Assembly (NCBI GenBank): GCA_017467445.1 | Contig: JAFTSG010000008.1 | Location: 71,953 to 135,952, forward strand | Direction: 5' to 3' | From: Clostridia bacterium | Lineage (GTDB): Bacteria > Bacillota > Clostridia > RUG12999 | DNA: 64,000 bases | Part shown: positions 9,648 to 19,335 of the stretch, in pieces | Layout: every line of letters begins with the position of its first letter | How positions within the stretch are numbered: position 1 is the first letter of the stretch | Made by a program: the position numbers and the translations under genes | Notes under the pieces: generated by a model | Database searches by the model: none | Told to the model about the DNA's origin: nothing | What the model saw: only the letters and a program-made list of their open reading frames with translations

Positions 9648-10511
9648 TTAATAAAATGATATTCGCATTTTAAGATATGTTTTATCGACCATTTCCGAAA
9701 GGCAAAGGAACTTACCACTACTTGAATATAGTCTGTAAAAACCATCATCAAGACTTACCGGAATTGTCATTCCGTTTAATACCTTGCGTTCCTGTTCCTC
9801 ATCTAATACAAATCTTGGATATTCCGATAGAATTTCATCGGCAGGAACAATATATTTTTCCGGATTTTTTTCAAATTCTTCAAGAGTTACACTTTCCGAA
9901 ATTTCAAATCTTCCGTTTTTTATTCTTATGAGCTTTCCCATTGCCCCGCCGCATCCGAGTTTCTCACCAATATCGTGGCAAAGTGTACGTATGTATGTTC
10001 CTTTTGAACAGTGTACGTTTATTGTTGCTATTTCGCCGTCAAACTCTTCAATATCAATGGCGTATATTGTCACGCTACGTTCTTTTCTTTCAACCTCTAC
10101 GCCCTGACGTGCAAGCTCATAAAGCTTTTTCCCGCCTACCTTTATTGCCGAATACATTGGAGGAATTTGCTTTATTTCGCCAACAAAAGAATTAACCACC
10201 TGCTTGAATTCCTCTTTGGATATATTGGGGGTTGTTTTTGAAATAATTTCTCCCGACATATCCTGCGTATCGGTTGTTATACCAAGATGCAGGGCTGCAC
10301 GGTATATTTTTTCTTTTCCCATCACATAATCGGAAAGCTTGGTTGCTTTTCCTACACAAACAGGAAGAACACCTTCCGCATCAGGGTCAAGCGTCCCTGT
10401 ATGCCCCACCCTTTTTATTCCAAGAATTCTTCTTACTCTTGAAACAACTGTGTGTGATGTTAATCCTTTCGGTTTATTTATATTTACTATTCCGCCAAGT
10501 GTTATATCCAT
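9648..10511 (-). CDS. truB: tRNA pseudouridine(55) synthase
   Basis: NINKPKGLTSH..GHTGTLDPDAEGVL, which includes the catalytic Asp motif. Confidence 0.93.
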   Translation of the reverse strand: MDITLGGIVNINKPKGLTSHTVVSRVRRILGIKRVGHTGTLDPDAEGVLPVCVGKATKLSDYVMGKEKIYRAALHLGITTDTQDMSGEIISKTTPNISKEEFKQVVNSFVGEIKQIPPMYSAIKVGGKKLYELARQGVEVERKERSVTIYAIDIEEFDGEIATINVHCSKGTYIRTLCHDIGEKLGCGGAMGKLIRIKNGRFEISESVTLEEFEKNPEKYIVPADEILSEYPRFVLDEEQERKVLNGMTIPVSLDDGFYRLYSSSGKFLCLSEMVDKTYLKMRISFY

Positions 10512-11428
10512 TTCATCAACTCACGAATAAATTCTTCTTTTGCTTCGGCAAAAGGTTTTGAAATACCGCAACCTGCAGCATTTTTATGACCGCCGCCACC
10601 GAAGCTACTACAGATTTTTGCCGCATCAATTTCGCCAAGTGTGCGCAGGCTTACTTTTACAATATCCCCTCGCTGTTTAAAAAACACACCTATTTGACAA
10701 CCTTCAACATTAAGTGCGCGATTTGACATATCATTAAGATAATGTTCATCTTCAGGAGCAAGGTTTTCTGCCGAAATAACACCTATTTTGCCATCGCCAT
10801 AAAACTCTATTTCAGAAATGAGTTTTGAAGAAAGTTCAAGCTTTCTAAGCGGTGTTATGTCAAAAAGCATTCTGCACACATACGATACATCAACAAGACC
10901 AATAAGACTTGCCAGAATTGTATGTGTTTTTGCAGTTGTATTGCCAAATCGGCATCCGCCTGTATCTGACATTATTGAAATGTAAAGTGCTGTTGCAATA
11001 TTCGTATCAATTTCCGCACCAAGCTCGTTTATAAGCTCGAAAACAAGTTCTCCTGCTGCCGCTGCCGTATGGTCACTTAAGAAAATTTCGCAAGGCTCGG
11101 CTTTGCAGATATGATGGTCTACAATTGCTTTTATTTTTGCATTTTCAAAAAGTGAAGCGCAGGTGCCTGTTCTTGTTGGTTCGTTAAAATCAACACCGAT
11201 TACGTTTTCAAAGGTCATTGTTTCGTCGTATACAAGCGGAGTCCATCCTGTAAATTCAAAATCGGAATTAATCGGTTTTTCAAGCACAACATCCGCTTTT
11301 ATCCCAAGCTTTTCAAGGGCAAATTTAAGCGCAAAACTGCTACCAAGAGCATCCCCATCGGGATTTTCGTGCGTAAGTATTGCAATATCTGTTAAAGATT
11401 TAAGCTTCTGTGCTATTTTCTTCAGCAT
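10502..11428 (-). CDS. nrnA: DHH/DHHA1 phosphoesterase, NrnA-like oligoribonuclease/pAp phosphatase
   Basis: DGDALGS, VDHH and GGGH motifs. It occupies the conserved position between rbfA and truB. Confidence 0.8.
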   Translation of the reverse strand: MLKKIAQKLKSLTDIAILTHENPDGDALGSSFALKFALEKLGIKADVVLEKPINSDFEFTGWTPLVYDETMTFENVIGVDFNEPTRTGTCASLFENAKIKAIVDHHICKAEPCEIFLSDHTAAAAGELVFELINELGAEIDTNIATALYISIMSDTGGCRFGNTTAKTHTILASLIGLVDVSYVCRMLFDITPLRKLELSSKLISEIEFYGDGKIGVISAENLAPEDEHYLNDMSNRALNVEGCQIGVFFKQRGDIVKVSLRTLGEIDAAKICSSFGGGGHKNAAGCGISKPFAEAKEEFIRELMKWI

Positions 11429-11780
11429 CTTCTTTTCCCCCTACATCGAGCGATGACAAAACCTGTGAAATATGCGCACCGTACTGAATTGATTTATCAT
11501 ATTCAAAAGAAAACTGTGGTGTATAACGAAGTTTAAGTCTCTGCCCGATTTCGCGGCGGATAAAGCCAGCAGCACGTTTTAATCCTTCAACTGTGTCTGC
11601 CGCACTTTGTTCGTCACCAATTACGCTTATATATGCTTTTGCAAATTTAAAATCGTTTGTTATACTAACTCCCGTAACAGATGTAAATTCATTTATACGG
11701 GGGTCTTTAAGTTCTCTTATTAAAGATGCAAGTTCTCTTTTTACTTCTTCGGAAACTCTGTCTATTCTGTTAAATGACAT
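11400..11780 (-). CDS. rbfA: ribosome-binding factor A
   Basis: RVSEEVKRELASLI N-terminus, about 120 aa, directly downstream of infB. Confidence 0.88.
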   Translation of the reverse strand: MSFNRIDRVSEEVKRELASLIRELKDPRINEFTSVTGVSITNDFKFAKAYISVIGDEQSAADTVEGLKRAAGFIRREIGQRLKLRYTPQFSFEYDKSIQYGAHISQVLSSLDVGGKEDAEENSTEA

Positions 11781-11787
11781 TTAAGCA

Positions 11788-14043
11788 TCAAGCCCTTTCT
11801 ATTTCTTCCATCACATAAGATTCAATTACGTCGCCTTCTTTGAGGTCGTTGAATTTTTCAAAACTCATACCACATTCAAAACCTTCCGCAACCTCTTTTG
11901 CATCGTCTTTAAATCTTTTAAGTGAGCTTAAGTGTCCTTCGTGAACAACAATACCGTCACGAACAATACGAACGTCGCTGTTACGCATAATTTTACCGTC
12001 AGTAACGTGACATCCGGCAATTGTTCCGACACCGGATACTTTGAATAGCTGTCTTACTTCTGCATGACCTGTTACAACTTCTTTGAACTGCGGTGCAAGC
12101 ATACCTTTGATAGCTGCTTCAATTTCTTCTATCGCCTGATAAATAACTCTGTAAAGTCTTACATCAACTTTCTTATCCTGTGCAGATTCCATAGCACCGT
12201 TTGTAGGTCTTACGTTGAAGCCGACAATAATGGCATTTGATGCATCGGCAAGCATTACGTCAGACTCGTTTACTGCACCTACAGCGCCGTGGATAATATT
12301 AATTCTTACTTCTTCGTTTGTAAGTTTAAGAAGTGACTGTTTAACCGCTTCAACAGAACCCTGAACATCGGCTTTAACAATGATGTTAAGGTCTTTTACT
12401 TCACCCTGATTAATCTGGTTAAAGAGGTCATCAAGAGAAACAAGCTTTCTTGCGTTCTGTTCTTCTTCCTTAAGTTTGAATTTACGGTTTTCAACAACGC
12501 TTTTAGCCATTCTTTCATCATCAACACAGTAAAGTGTATCTCCGCCTTCCGGCACATCGGAAAGACCGAGAATTTCAACCGGTGTTGACGGACCTGCAGA
12601 TGTAATTTTTCTGCCTTTATCGTCTGTCATTGCACGAACTTTACCGATTGATGTACCTGCAACAACGAAATCGCCTGCTTTAAGAGTACCGTTCTGAACA
12701 AGAATTGTTGCAACCGGACCTTTGGATTTATCAAGTCTTGATTCAATAACCGCACCTTTGGCATTTCTGTTTGGATTAGCTTTAAGCTCTTTCATATCCG
12801 CAACAAGAAGTACCATTTCAAGAAGGTTTTCAATACCGTCACCTGTAAGAGCAGATACCGGAACACAGATTGTGTCTCCGCCCCAATCCTCGGGAAGAAG
12901 GTCATATTCTGTAAGCTCCTGTTTAACTCTGTCCGGATTAGCTGTCTGTTTATCCATTTTGTTTATTGCAACAATTACTGTTACGCCCGCTGCTTTTGCG
13001 TGGTTGATTGCTTCAACTGTCTGCGGCATGATACCGTCATCAGCGGCAACAACAAGAATTGCAATATCCGTTACCTGTGCACCGCGGAGACGCATTGCTG
13101 TAAACGCTTCGTGACCCGGTGTGTCAAGGAATGTAATTAGTCTGTCATTAATTTTAACACTGTATGCACCAATATGCTGGGTAATACCACCTGCTTCGGT
13201 TGATGTTACCTGTGTTTTTCTGATAGAGTCAAGGATTGATGTTTTACCGTGGTCAACGTGACCCATTACAACAACAACCGGCGGACGCGGAACGAGCGTC
13301 GACGGGTCGTCTTCAACATCGTTGAAGAGAATATCTTCCTGTGTTACTATAATTTCACGTTCAACTTCTGCACCCATATCTTCCGCAACAAGAGAGGCTG
13401 TATCAAAATCAACAACATCGTTTATTGATGCCATTATTCCGAGAATCATCAGCTTTTTGATTACTTCTGCAGCAGGTTTACCCATTCTTTCAGCAAGTTC
13501 AGATACGGTAATTTCATCAGGGATAAGAACGTGGATTTTTTCTTCTTTCTGTTTAACCGGTTTCTGTATTTTTTCGAGATTTTCCTGTTTATCCTTTTTA
13601 TTTTTGTTGCCGCCTTTTTTTATTTTCTGTTTGCCTTGTGCAGAATCATCCATATCCGGAAGAATATCCTGAATTCTGTCCGCTTCATCATACTTTTTAA
13701 GGTCTACTGCATTAGCCCTTGTATCAACGTGTCTTGATGTTCTTGCCGCTTTGGATTCTTTTTCGGGGGCTGCGGGTTCTTCAAGCACTTCCGCTTCGGG
13801 TTTATCTTTTTTCTTTGCCGGTTTTTCTTCTTTTGCCGGTTCTTCTACTTTTCTTTCCATATCAATCGGAGAACCGTCATCAAATTTTTGTGTAAGTATC
13901 TCAACAAGAAGATTGAGCTGATCATCCTCAAGGCTGCTTGTTGTGGATTTCTTTTCTATACCAAAATCTTTAAGTAAGGCTATTATTTCTTTTCCGGAAA
14001 TATTAAATACTTTTCCAAGCTCACTTATTTTTATTTTAGCCAT
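11788..14043 (-). CDS. infB: translation initiation factor IF-2
   Basis: GTPase motifs [17 protein letters not shown] and NKMD, with a charged low-complexity N-terminal region. Confidence 0.96.
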   Translation of the reverse strand: MAKIKISELGKVFNISGKEIIALLKDFGIEKKSTTSSLEDDQLNLLVEILTQKFDDGSPIDMERKVEEPAKEEKPAKKKDKPEAEVLEEPAAPEKESKAARTSRHVDTRANAVDLKKYDEADRIQDILPDMDDSAQGKQKIKKGGNKNKKDKQENLEKIQKPVKQKEEKIHVLIPDEITVSELAERMGKPAAEVIKKLMILGIMASINDVVDFDTASLVAEDMGAEVEREIIVTQEDILFNDVEDDPSTLVPRPPVVVVMGHVDHGKTSILDSIRKTQVTSTEAGGITQHIGAYSVKINDRLITFLDTPGHEAFTAMRLRGAQVTDIAILVVAADDGIMPQTVEAINHAKAAGVTVIVAINKMDKQTANPDRVKQELTEYDLLPEDWGGDTICVPVSALTGDGIENLLEMVLLVADMKELKANPNRNAKGAVIESRLDKSKGPVATILVQNGTLKAGDFVVAGTSIGKVRAMTDDKGRKITSAGPSTPVEILGLSDVPEGGDTLYCVDDERMAKSVVENRKFKLKEEEQNARKLVSLDDLFNQINQGEVKDLNIIVKADVQGSVEAVKQSLLKLTNEEVRINIIHGAVGAVNESDVMLADASNAIIVGFNVRPTNGAMESAQDKKVDVRLYRVIYQAIEEIEAAIKGMLAPQFKEVVTGHAEVRQLFKVSGVGTIAGCHVTDGKIMRNSDVRIVRDGIVVHEGHLSSLKRFKDDAKEVAEGFECGMSFEKFNDLKEGDVIESYVMEEIERA

Positions 14044-14361
14044 TTAAATCTCCTCCATTTCTTCTGCGCATTTTTGTATTCCGTCCGCAAAGTTTTCATC
14101 CGTAATACAAACAAGCGATAATTCCTTATAGCTTACTGCTTTCCCAAGCGTCTGTTTATCAAATGCAGTCAAACATTTTACCTGATTTTTTTCTGCAAAT
14201 CCGGAAAATTTTTCTTTTGTGGCTCCTCCGCAATCTTCCGTTATAATAAGAAGCTTTGCTCTGCCGCTTTTTATTGCATATTCAGCTGCTGTTGCGCCGC
14301 AGGCACAGTTACCCGAACGCCTGCACAATCCTATAAGTCTTAATGCTTTATCGTTATTCAC
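14044..14361 (-). CDS. ylxQ: L7Ae-family RNA-binding protein YlxQ
   Basis: About 100 aa in the conserved slot between ylxR and infB, with an L7Ae-like sequence. Confidence 0.75.
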   Translation of the reverse strand: MNNDKALRLIGLCRRSGNCACGATAAEYAIKSGRAKLLIITEDCGGATKEKFSGFAEKNQVKCLTAFDKQTLGKAVSYKELSLVCITDENFADGIQKCAEEMEEI

Positions 14362-14618
14362 CTTTGTATCACCTTTTCAAGAGTATTATAAACTTCTTCG
14401 GGAATACTCATTGCAAACGAACGTTCAATGCGCTTTCCTTTTCTGGCGGCGCAAATGCAAGTTTCATTTTTGCAAACATAGCATCCTCTGCCGTTTGTTT
14501 TTCCGCCAATGTCAACAGATATTTCTCCCGATGCGGTTTTGACAACACGGATAAGTTCGTGTTTTTCTTTCATTTCACCGCATACTATACATTTTCTGTT
14601 AGGTACTTTTTTTATCAT
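14358..14618 (-). CDS. ylxR: YlxR/RnpM (DUF448) RNA-binding protein
   Basis: RKCIVCGEMKEKHELIR..GRGCYVC signature. It lies directly downstream of nusA. Confidence 0.85.
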   Translation of the reverse strand: MIKKVPNRKCIVCGEMKEKHELIRVVKTASGEISVDIGGKTNGRGCYVCKNETCICAARKGKRIERSFAMSIPEEVYNTLEKVIQR

Positions 14619-14620
14619 TA

Positions 14621-15742
14621 TTATTCACCATAAGCTTCTGATTTCTCACTTTTTATATCTATCTTCCATCCGGTAAGTCTTGCCGCAAGTTTTGCATTAA
14701 GACCTTCTTTACCGATTGCAAGAGAAAGCTGGGATTCATCAACAATAACTTCTGCTTCTTTTCTGCCTTCTTCAAAAGCAGCCTGGTCAACTGTTACGCT
14801 GATTGCTTTTGCAGGAGAAATTGCAGCTGCAATAAATTCTTCCGGATTTTCGCTGTATTTCACAATATCAACTTTTTCTCCGCCAAGTTCTTCAACAACA
14901 AGGTTAACTCTGTTACCGTGTGTTCCTACACAAGCACCTACTGGTTCAACATCCGCCTCATTTGAAAGAACTGCAATTTTACTTCTTACACCCGCTTCAC
15001 GTGATACGGATTTGATTTCAACAATTCCTTCTTCAATTTCAGGAACTTCCCTTTCAAAAAGTTTTGAAACAAGTTCGGGAGCGGTTCTTGAAACCTGAAC
15101 ATACGGTCCTCTCGGTGTATTGTTTATATCCGCAACAAAAACAGTAAGTTTCTGTCCGTGTGTATATGCTTCACCCGGTGTCTGTCCTTTTGACGGAATG
15201 TGTGCTTCAACTTTGCCGATGTTTACAATTACGTTATATCTCGGTTTTGCATCTGCTTTTACCATACCGTCTTTCGGGCGAAATTCCACTCTTTCAATTC
15301 TGTCAACAACGCCGTTTATAATATCGCCTGTCGAAATATTGAAATCGCGGATAAGCTGTTCTCTTTCAGCTTCTCTGATTTTCTGAAGGATTATCTGTTT
15401 TGCTGTCTGTGCTGCAATATGTCCAAAGTTTTTGGGCAGGATTTCTATTTCAAGTGTGTCTCCTACTTTTGCTCTGGCTTTTATTTTCTTTGCATCTTCA
15501 AGAAGAATTTCCGATGTTTCAGATTCGTCGTTGTATTCTTCAACAACTTTCTTTTTTGCAATAACTTTTACGTTACCGCCGTTATCATCCATACGGATTT
15601 CAATTTCAGTATCCTTTTCTTCTTTATAATTCTTTTTGTACGCGTGTACAAGTGCTGTTTTAAGTGCATCAAGGATATAATCCTTTTTAATGCCTTTATC
15701 CTTTTCTAATGAAGCAAGAGCTTCGCCAAATTCGTTTTTCAT
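14621..15742 (-). CDS. nusA: transcription termination/antitermination factor NusA
   Basis: The translation matches NusA, with S1 and KH (..IGKEGLNAKLAARLTGWKIDI..) regions, and the rimP-nusA-infB synteny is present. Confidence 0.95.
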   Translation of the reverse strand: MKNEFGEALASLEKDKGIKKDYILDALKTALVHAYKKNYKEEKDTEIEIRMDDNGGNVKVIAKKKVVEEYNDESETSEILLEDAKKIKARAKVGDTLEIEILPKNFGHIAAQTAKQIILQKIREAEREQLIRDFNISTGDIINGVVDRIERVEFRPKDGMVKADAKPRYNVIVNIGKVEAHIPSKGQTPGEAYTHGQKLTVFVADINNTPRGPYVQVSRTAPELVSKLFEREVPEIEEGIVEIKSVSREAGVRSKIAVLSNEADVEPVGACVGTHGNRVNLVVEELGGEKVDIVKYSENPEEFIAAAISPAKAISVTVDQAAFEEGRKEAEVIVDESQLSLAIGKEGLNAKLAARLTGWKIDIKSEKSEAYGE

Positions 15743-15760
15743 TTTTTCTATTCCCCCTTA

Positions 15761-16216
15761 TTAAAATTCAAAATGTATATTTACGCTGCCTACAGCTTTT
15801 TTATCAAAAACAATTGTTTCTCCGTTAACGTCAACAATTATTTTGCCGTCTGCATATCCGGAAAGTGTTCCTATATGCTTTTTACTGCCGTTTATCGGCG
15901 AATAAAGACTTACCTCAACACTGCTTCCTATATATTTTTCAAAGTGCCAGTCTTCTGTAAGCTTTCTTTCAACACCCGGAGAAGATACTTCAAGAATATA
16001 TGTTTCTTCAATAAAATCATCCTTATCAAGCAGGTTGTTCATTGCTCTGCTGATATCCTCACAATCGGTTAATGAAATGCCTTCTTCTTTGTCGGCATAA
16101 ATGATAAGATGTTTATCCGGACCTTCTTTTACAAATTCAACCGCATAAATGTAGCAGCCGAAATCCTGTGCAACAGGAGAAGCAAGGTCATAAACTCTTT
16201 TTTCTGTTTTATTCAT
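15761..16216 (-). CDS. rimP: ribosome maturation factor RimP
   Basis: Conserved position upstream of nusA. Start moved to ATG 16216, 8 nt after AAGGTGG. The track start at 16228 is a GTG inside the RBS. Confidence 0.85.
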   Translation of the reverse strand: MNKTEKRVYDLASPVAQDFGCYIYAVEFVKEGPDKHLIIYADKEEGISLTDCEDISRAMNNLLDKDDFIEETYILEVSSPGVERKLTEDWHFEKYIGSSVEVSLYSPINGSKKHIGTLSGYADGKIIVDVNGETIVFDKKAVGSVNIHFEF

Positions 16217-16240
16217 AGAATGCACCACCTTTTTAACTAA

Positions 16241-16270
16241 AATGAGTGGACTTTTTCAAGCCCACTCATT
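16241..16270 (-). terminator. hairpin with an interrupted U-tract in the rimP-nusA leader; candidate attenuator, and the only terminator candidate for the upstream lgt-dnaD-dnaI unit
   Basis: Minus-strand RNA reads AAUGAGUGG(GC)-loop-(GU)CCACUCAUU followed by UUAGUU. It lies between the promoter at 16294-16322 and the rimP RBS. Confidence 0.55.
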
Positions 16271-16293
16271 ACCCTAATGTTATCATCATACTT

Positions 16294-16322
16294 ATTATAA
16301 CACAATTTCTATAAAATAGCAA
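16294..16322 (-). promoter_or_regulatory. sigma-A-type promoter of the rimP-nusA-infB operon
   Basis: On the minus strand: TTGCTA (16322-16317), a 17-nt spacer, then TGTGtTATAAT (TRTG -16 element plus TATAAT at 16299-16294). Confidence 0.7.
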
Positions 16323-16336
16323 TACTTTTTTTAAAT

Positions 16337-17320
16337 TTATTTTTCGCTTCTTCTTACGCGAATATCATCACCAATGAATTTAAGAATATTGAAATCCATA
16401 AGTCTTGAAAAAATACGTGTCGAATACGTATTTTTAATTTCATCCGGATTTAAATTGCTGTTGATTATCATTTGTTTCCCGGAAATAAGTCTTGCATTTA
16501 AAATATCAAAAAATGCTGCTGTTGTATATGTATTGACAGTTTCGCTTCCCAAATCATCTATTATAAGAAGCTCTACATCATACGCCTGTTTGCATTTCTC
16601 TTTCAATTCTTCATTAAATGAAAATGAATTATCCTTAAGCATTTCAAAAAGCTCCCGCGCAGTATAATACATAACACTTTTGCCTCTTTTGGCAACTTCA
16701 TTTGCAACTACTGCACTAATAAAAGTTTTGCCCCTGCCCGTTTGCCCATAAAACAACAGATTTTTATTATTCGGTTTATTGAAATCACATATAAAATTAT
16801 GACAATTCGCCAATATGTTCTGAATTTGTTTTCTTGGATTATTACCCTCTGTATCCGTCACATCAGGATAATAACTCATATCAAAATCATCAAAAGTTAC
16901 CCTTGCAAGTGCAGGTGCAATCTTCGAAAGTTTAAGTGTCTGTTTTACAAGTTCTGTTTCGAAACACTCGCACATTTCGCCATTAATATCCCCTGTATCT
17001 TTACATTTGTTACACGCATATACATTTGTCATATAGTCGCTCGGGAAACCCGCCGATTCAAGAAGTTTATTTTTTTCTTCTTTAAGTCCTTCTGTCTTTT
17101 CTTTTATTTCAGCAACCGCAGTATCAACATCTCCTCTTCCCGAAAGAGCAAGCTTTGTAATACGAAGACCTGTTGTTTCAATTTCAGTATCAATATCGCG
17201 CACGCGTGGCAGTTTTGCATAAACCTCTTCCCTGCGGGAGAGAAGTTTTCTTCTTGCTATCACTCGTCGTTCGGCAAATTCACTTTTAACAGGTTCGTAA
17301 ACCGATTTATTATATATCAT
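16337..17320 (-). CDS. dnaI: helicase loader ATPase, DnaI/DnaC-like (AAA+, IstB-like)
   Basis: N-terminal Cys cluster CNKCKDTGDINGEMCEC, Walker A GQTGRGKTF and Walker B LLIIDDLG. It is paired with a DnaD-domain gene. Confidence 0.8.
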   Translation of the reverse strand: MIYNKSVYEPVKSEFAERRVIARRKLLSRREEVYAKLPRVRDIDTEIETTGLRITKLALSGRGDVDTAVAEIKEKTEGLKEEKNKLLESAGFPSDYMTNVYACNKCKDTGDINGEMCECFETELVKQTLKLSKIAPALARVTFDDFDMSYYPDVTDTEGNNPRKQIQNILANCHNFICDFNKPNNKNLLFYGQTGRGKTFISAVVANEVAKRGKSVMYYTARELFEMLKDNSFSFNEELKEKCKQAYDVELLIIDDLGSETVNTYTTAAFFDILNARLISGKQMIINSNLNPDEIKNTYSTRIFSRLMDFNILKFIGDDIRVRRSEK

Positions 17321-17332
17321 TGTTCCACATCC

Positions 17333-18310
17333 TTATTTTTTACCAAGCGCCCTTGCTTCAATGGCTGCATAATCAAATTCTTCTTTTTCAAATTCATATA
17401 TGACTTTCTTTGAATTTGTTCGTTGAACAGCTTTCCTTGCTTTTTTATATTCATTTGCCTGCCGCGGCGTTTTAATTCCGTTTTCGTACCAATCAGCAAG
17501 TATTTTATCCATATACTTAACCGAAAGCTTACCGGTATTAACAACCGTTATATCATATGCATAAGCAATAAGTTCAACCGACATATTCATTTGCCCAATC
17601 CATGTTCCGATATATTTTTCTTCGGTTGGTGTAAAGGCTCTGTCACATACACCCAGTGCGGATTTTACTTTATTAAGCTTACTGTTATATCGCTCCATTT
17701 TTTTGATGTGCTTTTCTGTGCGTTCAAGTGTATCTATTCCCTTATCCACCCACTCCTGTGCCACTTTTTCAATCTGACGCATACTTTTTTTGCCGATTTT
17801 TACACAGTACATAAGAAGCATAGGTATTACGTCTGCAGGCAGTCTGTAATAATCATACAAACTGTAAAGCACATTTATATCTGTTGAACTCAAATGTTTT
17901 CCCAATATCTTTTCCGAGATGGCAAACATCTCTTTGATTTCCATACTTTCTTCAGCGCAAGAATAAATTTCGTTTGCGGTATATACAGGTTTTGTTTCCG
18001 GTTTTAACTCGTGCTGAAGGGAATTTTCTCTAAACTCAATATCAAAATCTGTTTTATCTTTATTTTTATATGTAACTTTAACAAGTCCCTGAGATTCCCA
18101 GTATTCCCATGCACGGATTACATCCGACAAAAGCATAGAAAGCCCCTTTGCAAATTCTGACGGTGACATATATTTATCAGTTTCGCACTGGGAAAGGCCA
18201 AGCAGATATACTTTAACAAAACTGCCGTCTGCCGAACATAAGTATTTATCTATAAAGCTTTTCGGAATAGCAATTGTCCCCATATCCGATTTTACCTTTG
18301 AATAGGCCAT
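17333..18310 (-). CDS. DnaD-domain replication initiation/restart protein (B. subtilis DnaB/DnaD-like)
   Basis: Its size and position immediately upstream of the DnaI-like loader fit. The C-terminal half has DnaD/DnaB_2-like repeats (..YGIKTPRQANEY..). Confidence 0.65.
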   Translation of the reverse strand: MAYSKVKSDMGTIAIPKSFIDKYLCSADGSFVKVYLLGLSQCETDKYMSPSEFAKGLSMLLSDVIRAWEYWESQGLVKVTYKNKDKTDFDIEFRENSLQHELKPETKPVYTANEIYSCAEESMEIKEMFAISEKILGKHLSSTDINVLYSLYDYYRLPADVIPMLLMYCVKIGKKSMRQIEKVAQEWVDKGIDTLERTEKHIKKMERYNSKLNKVKSALGVCDRAFTPTEEKYIGTWIGQMNMSVELIAYAYDITVVNTGKLSVKYMDKILADWYENGIKTPRQANEYKKARKAVQRTNSKKVIYEFEKEEFDYAAIEARALGKK

Positions 18311-18312
18311 TT

Positions 18313-19119
18313 TTACCCCTCACATTTACTTTTCTTCCATTTAATAGTTATTACAACCGCAGAAACGATTATGCAAACACCTGCAATAACCTGTGAAATA
18401 CGCAGATTTCCAAGCATAAGGCTGTCTGTACGAAGCCCTTCAATCCATACTCTTCCAAGACCATACCACAGCACGTATGCCCAAAGGAAAAACCCGTCAA
18501 ACGGCTTTTTCTTACGAAGCAGATGAAGAATTACAAATCCTGCTATATTCCAAAGTGATTCATATAAAAACGTTGGATGATAGCATACAGTTCCCCAGTT
18601 TTCAACAATGCTCATTCTCCACGGCAACTCTGTGATACCGCCGTGTGCTTCGGCATTTACAAAGTTACCAAATCGGCCTATTGCCTGTCCTATAAGAATA
18701 GCCGGCGCCACAACGTCTGCAACCTGATAAAAGTTCAGTTTTTTAAGCTTGCAATATATAAGTCCTGTCGCAAATCCGCCGATAAGTCCGCCGTAAATAG
18801 CAATTCCGCCATCCCATATTGCAATCATTTTAAGAAAATCGCCTGCATAATCTGACCATTTAAATGCAACAAAATAAATTCTGGCACAGATAATCGCAAC
18901 AGGTACACAAAGAAGCACAAGGTCTGTAACTGTATCTTTCGGAAATCCAACACGTTTTTCCTGCGAAAGAGCATACCACAATGCAAGCGCAAATCCAACT
19001 GCTATTATAATGCCGTACCAATATATGTCTTTACCAAAAAAATTAAAAGCAACCGGATTTATATTGAATTCCAGACCAATCCCAGGAAATCCCACTGTAT
19101 TTATTTTTAAAAACTGCAT
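18313..19119 (-). CDS. lgt: prolipoprotein diacylglyceryl transferase
   Basis: GRFGNFVNAE signature in a polytopic membrane protein of about 270 aa. Confidence 0.92.
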   Translation of the reverse strand: MQFLKINTVGFPGIGLEFNINPVAFNFFGKDIYWYGIIIAVGFALALWYALSQEKRVGFPKDTVTDLVLLCVPVAIICARIYFVAFKWSDYAGDFLKMIAIWDGGIAIYGGLIGGFATGLIYCKLKKLNFYQVADVVAPAILIGQAIGRFGNFVNAEAHGGITELPWRMSIVENWGTVCYHPTFLYESLWNIAGFVILHLLRKKKPFDGFFLWAYVLWYGLGRVWIEGLRTDSLMLGNLRISQVIAGVCIIVSAVVITIKWKKSKCEG

Positions 19120-19140
19120 ATTCTCATCTCCAATAAGTCT

Positions 19141-19170
19141 ATTATACTATCTCTTGTCGTTTTATGTCAA
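19141..19170 (-). promoter_or_regulatory. sigma-A-type promoter for lgt-dnaD-dnaI
   Basis: On the minus strand: TTGACA (19170-19165), an 18-nt spacer, then TATAAT (19146-19141). Confidence 0.65.
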
Positions 19171-19272
19171 GAAGATACTTTTTGCAGAACATTTATATTC
19201 TGTAATTATAATAGTTTATTTATATTATATAACAAAAGTATAAGCTTTGTAAAGATTTTTGTAAAAACATAT

Positions 19273-19301
19273 TTGAAATTTTATGATATAACTGGTATAA
19301 T
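19273..19301 (+). promoter_or_regulatory. sigma-A-type promoter for nagA
   Basis: TTGAAA (19273-19278), a 17-nt spacer, then TATAAT (19296-19301). Confidence 0.65.
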
Positions 19302-19335
19302 ATAATAAAGCTGAAAAACCAATGTGGAAGGTGAT

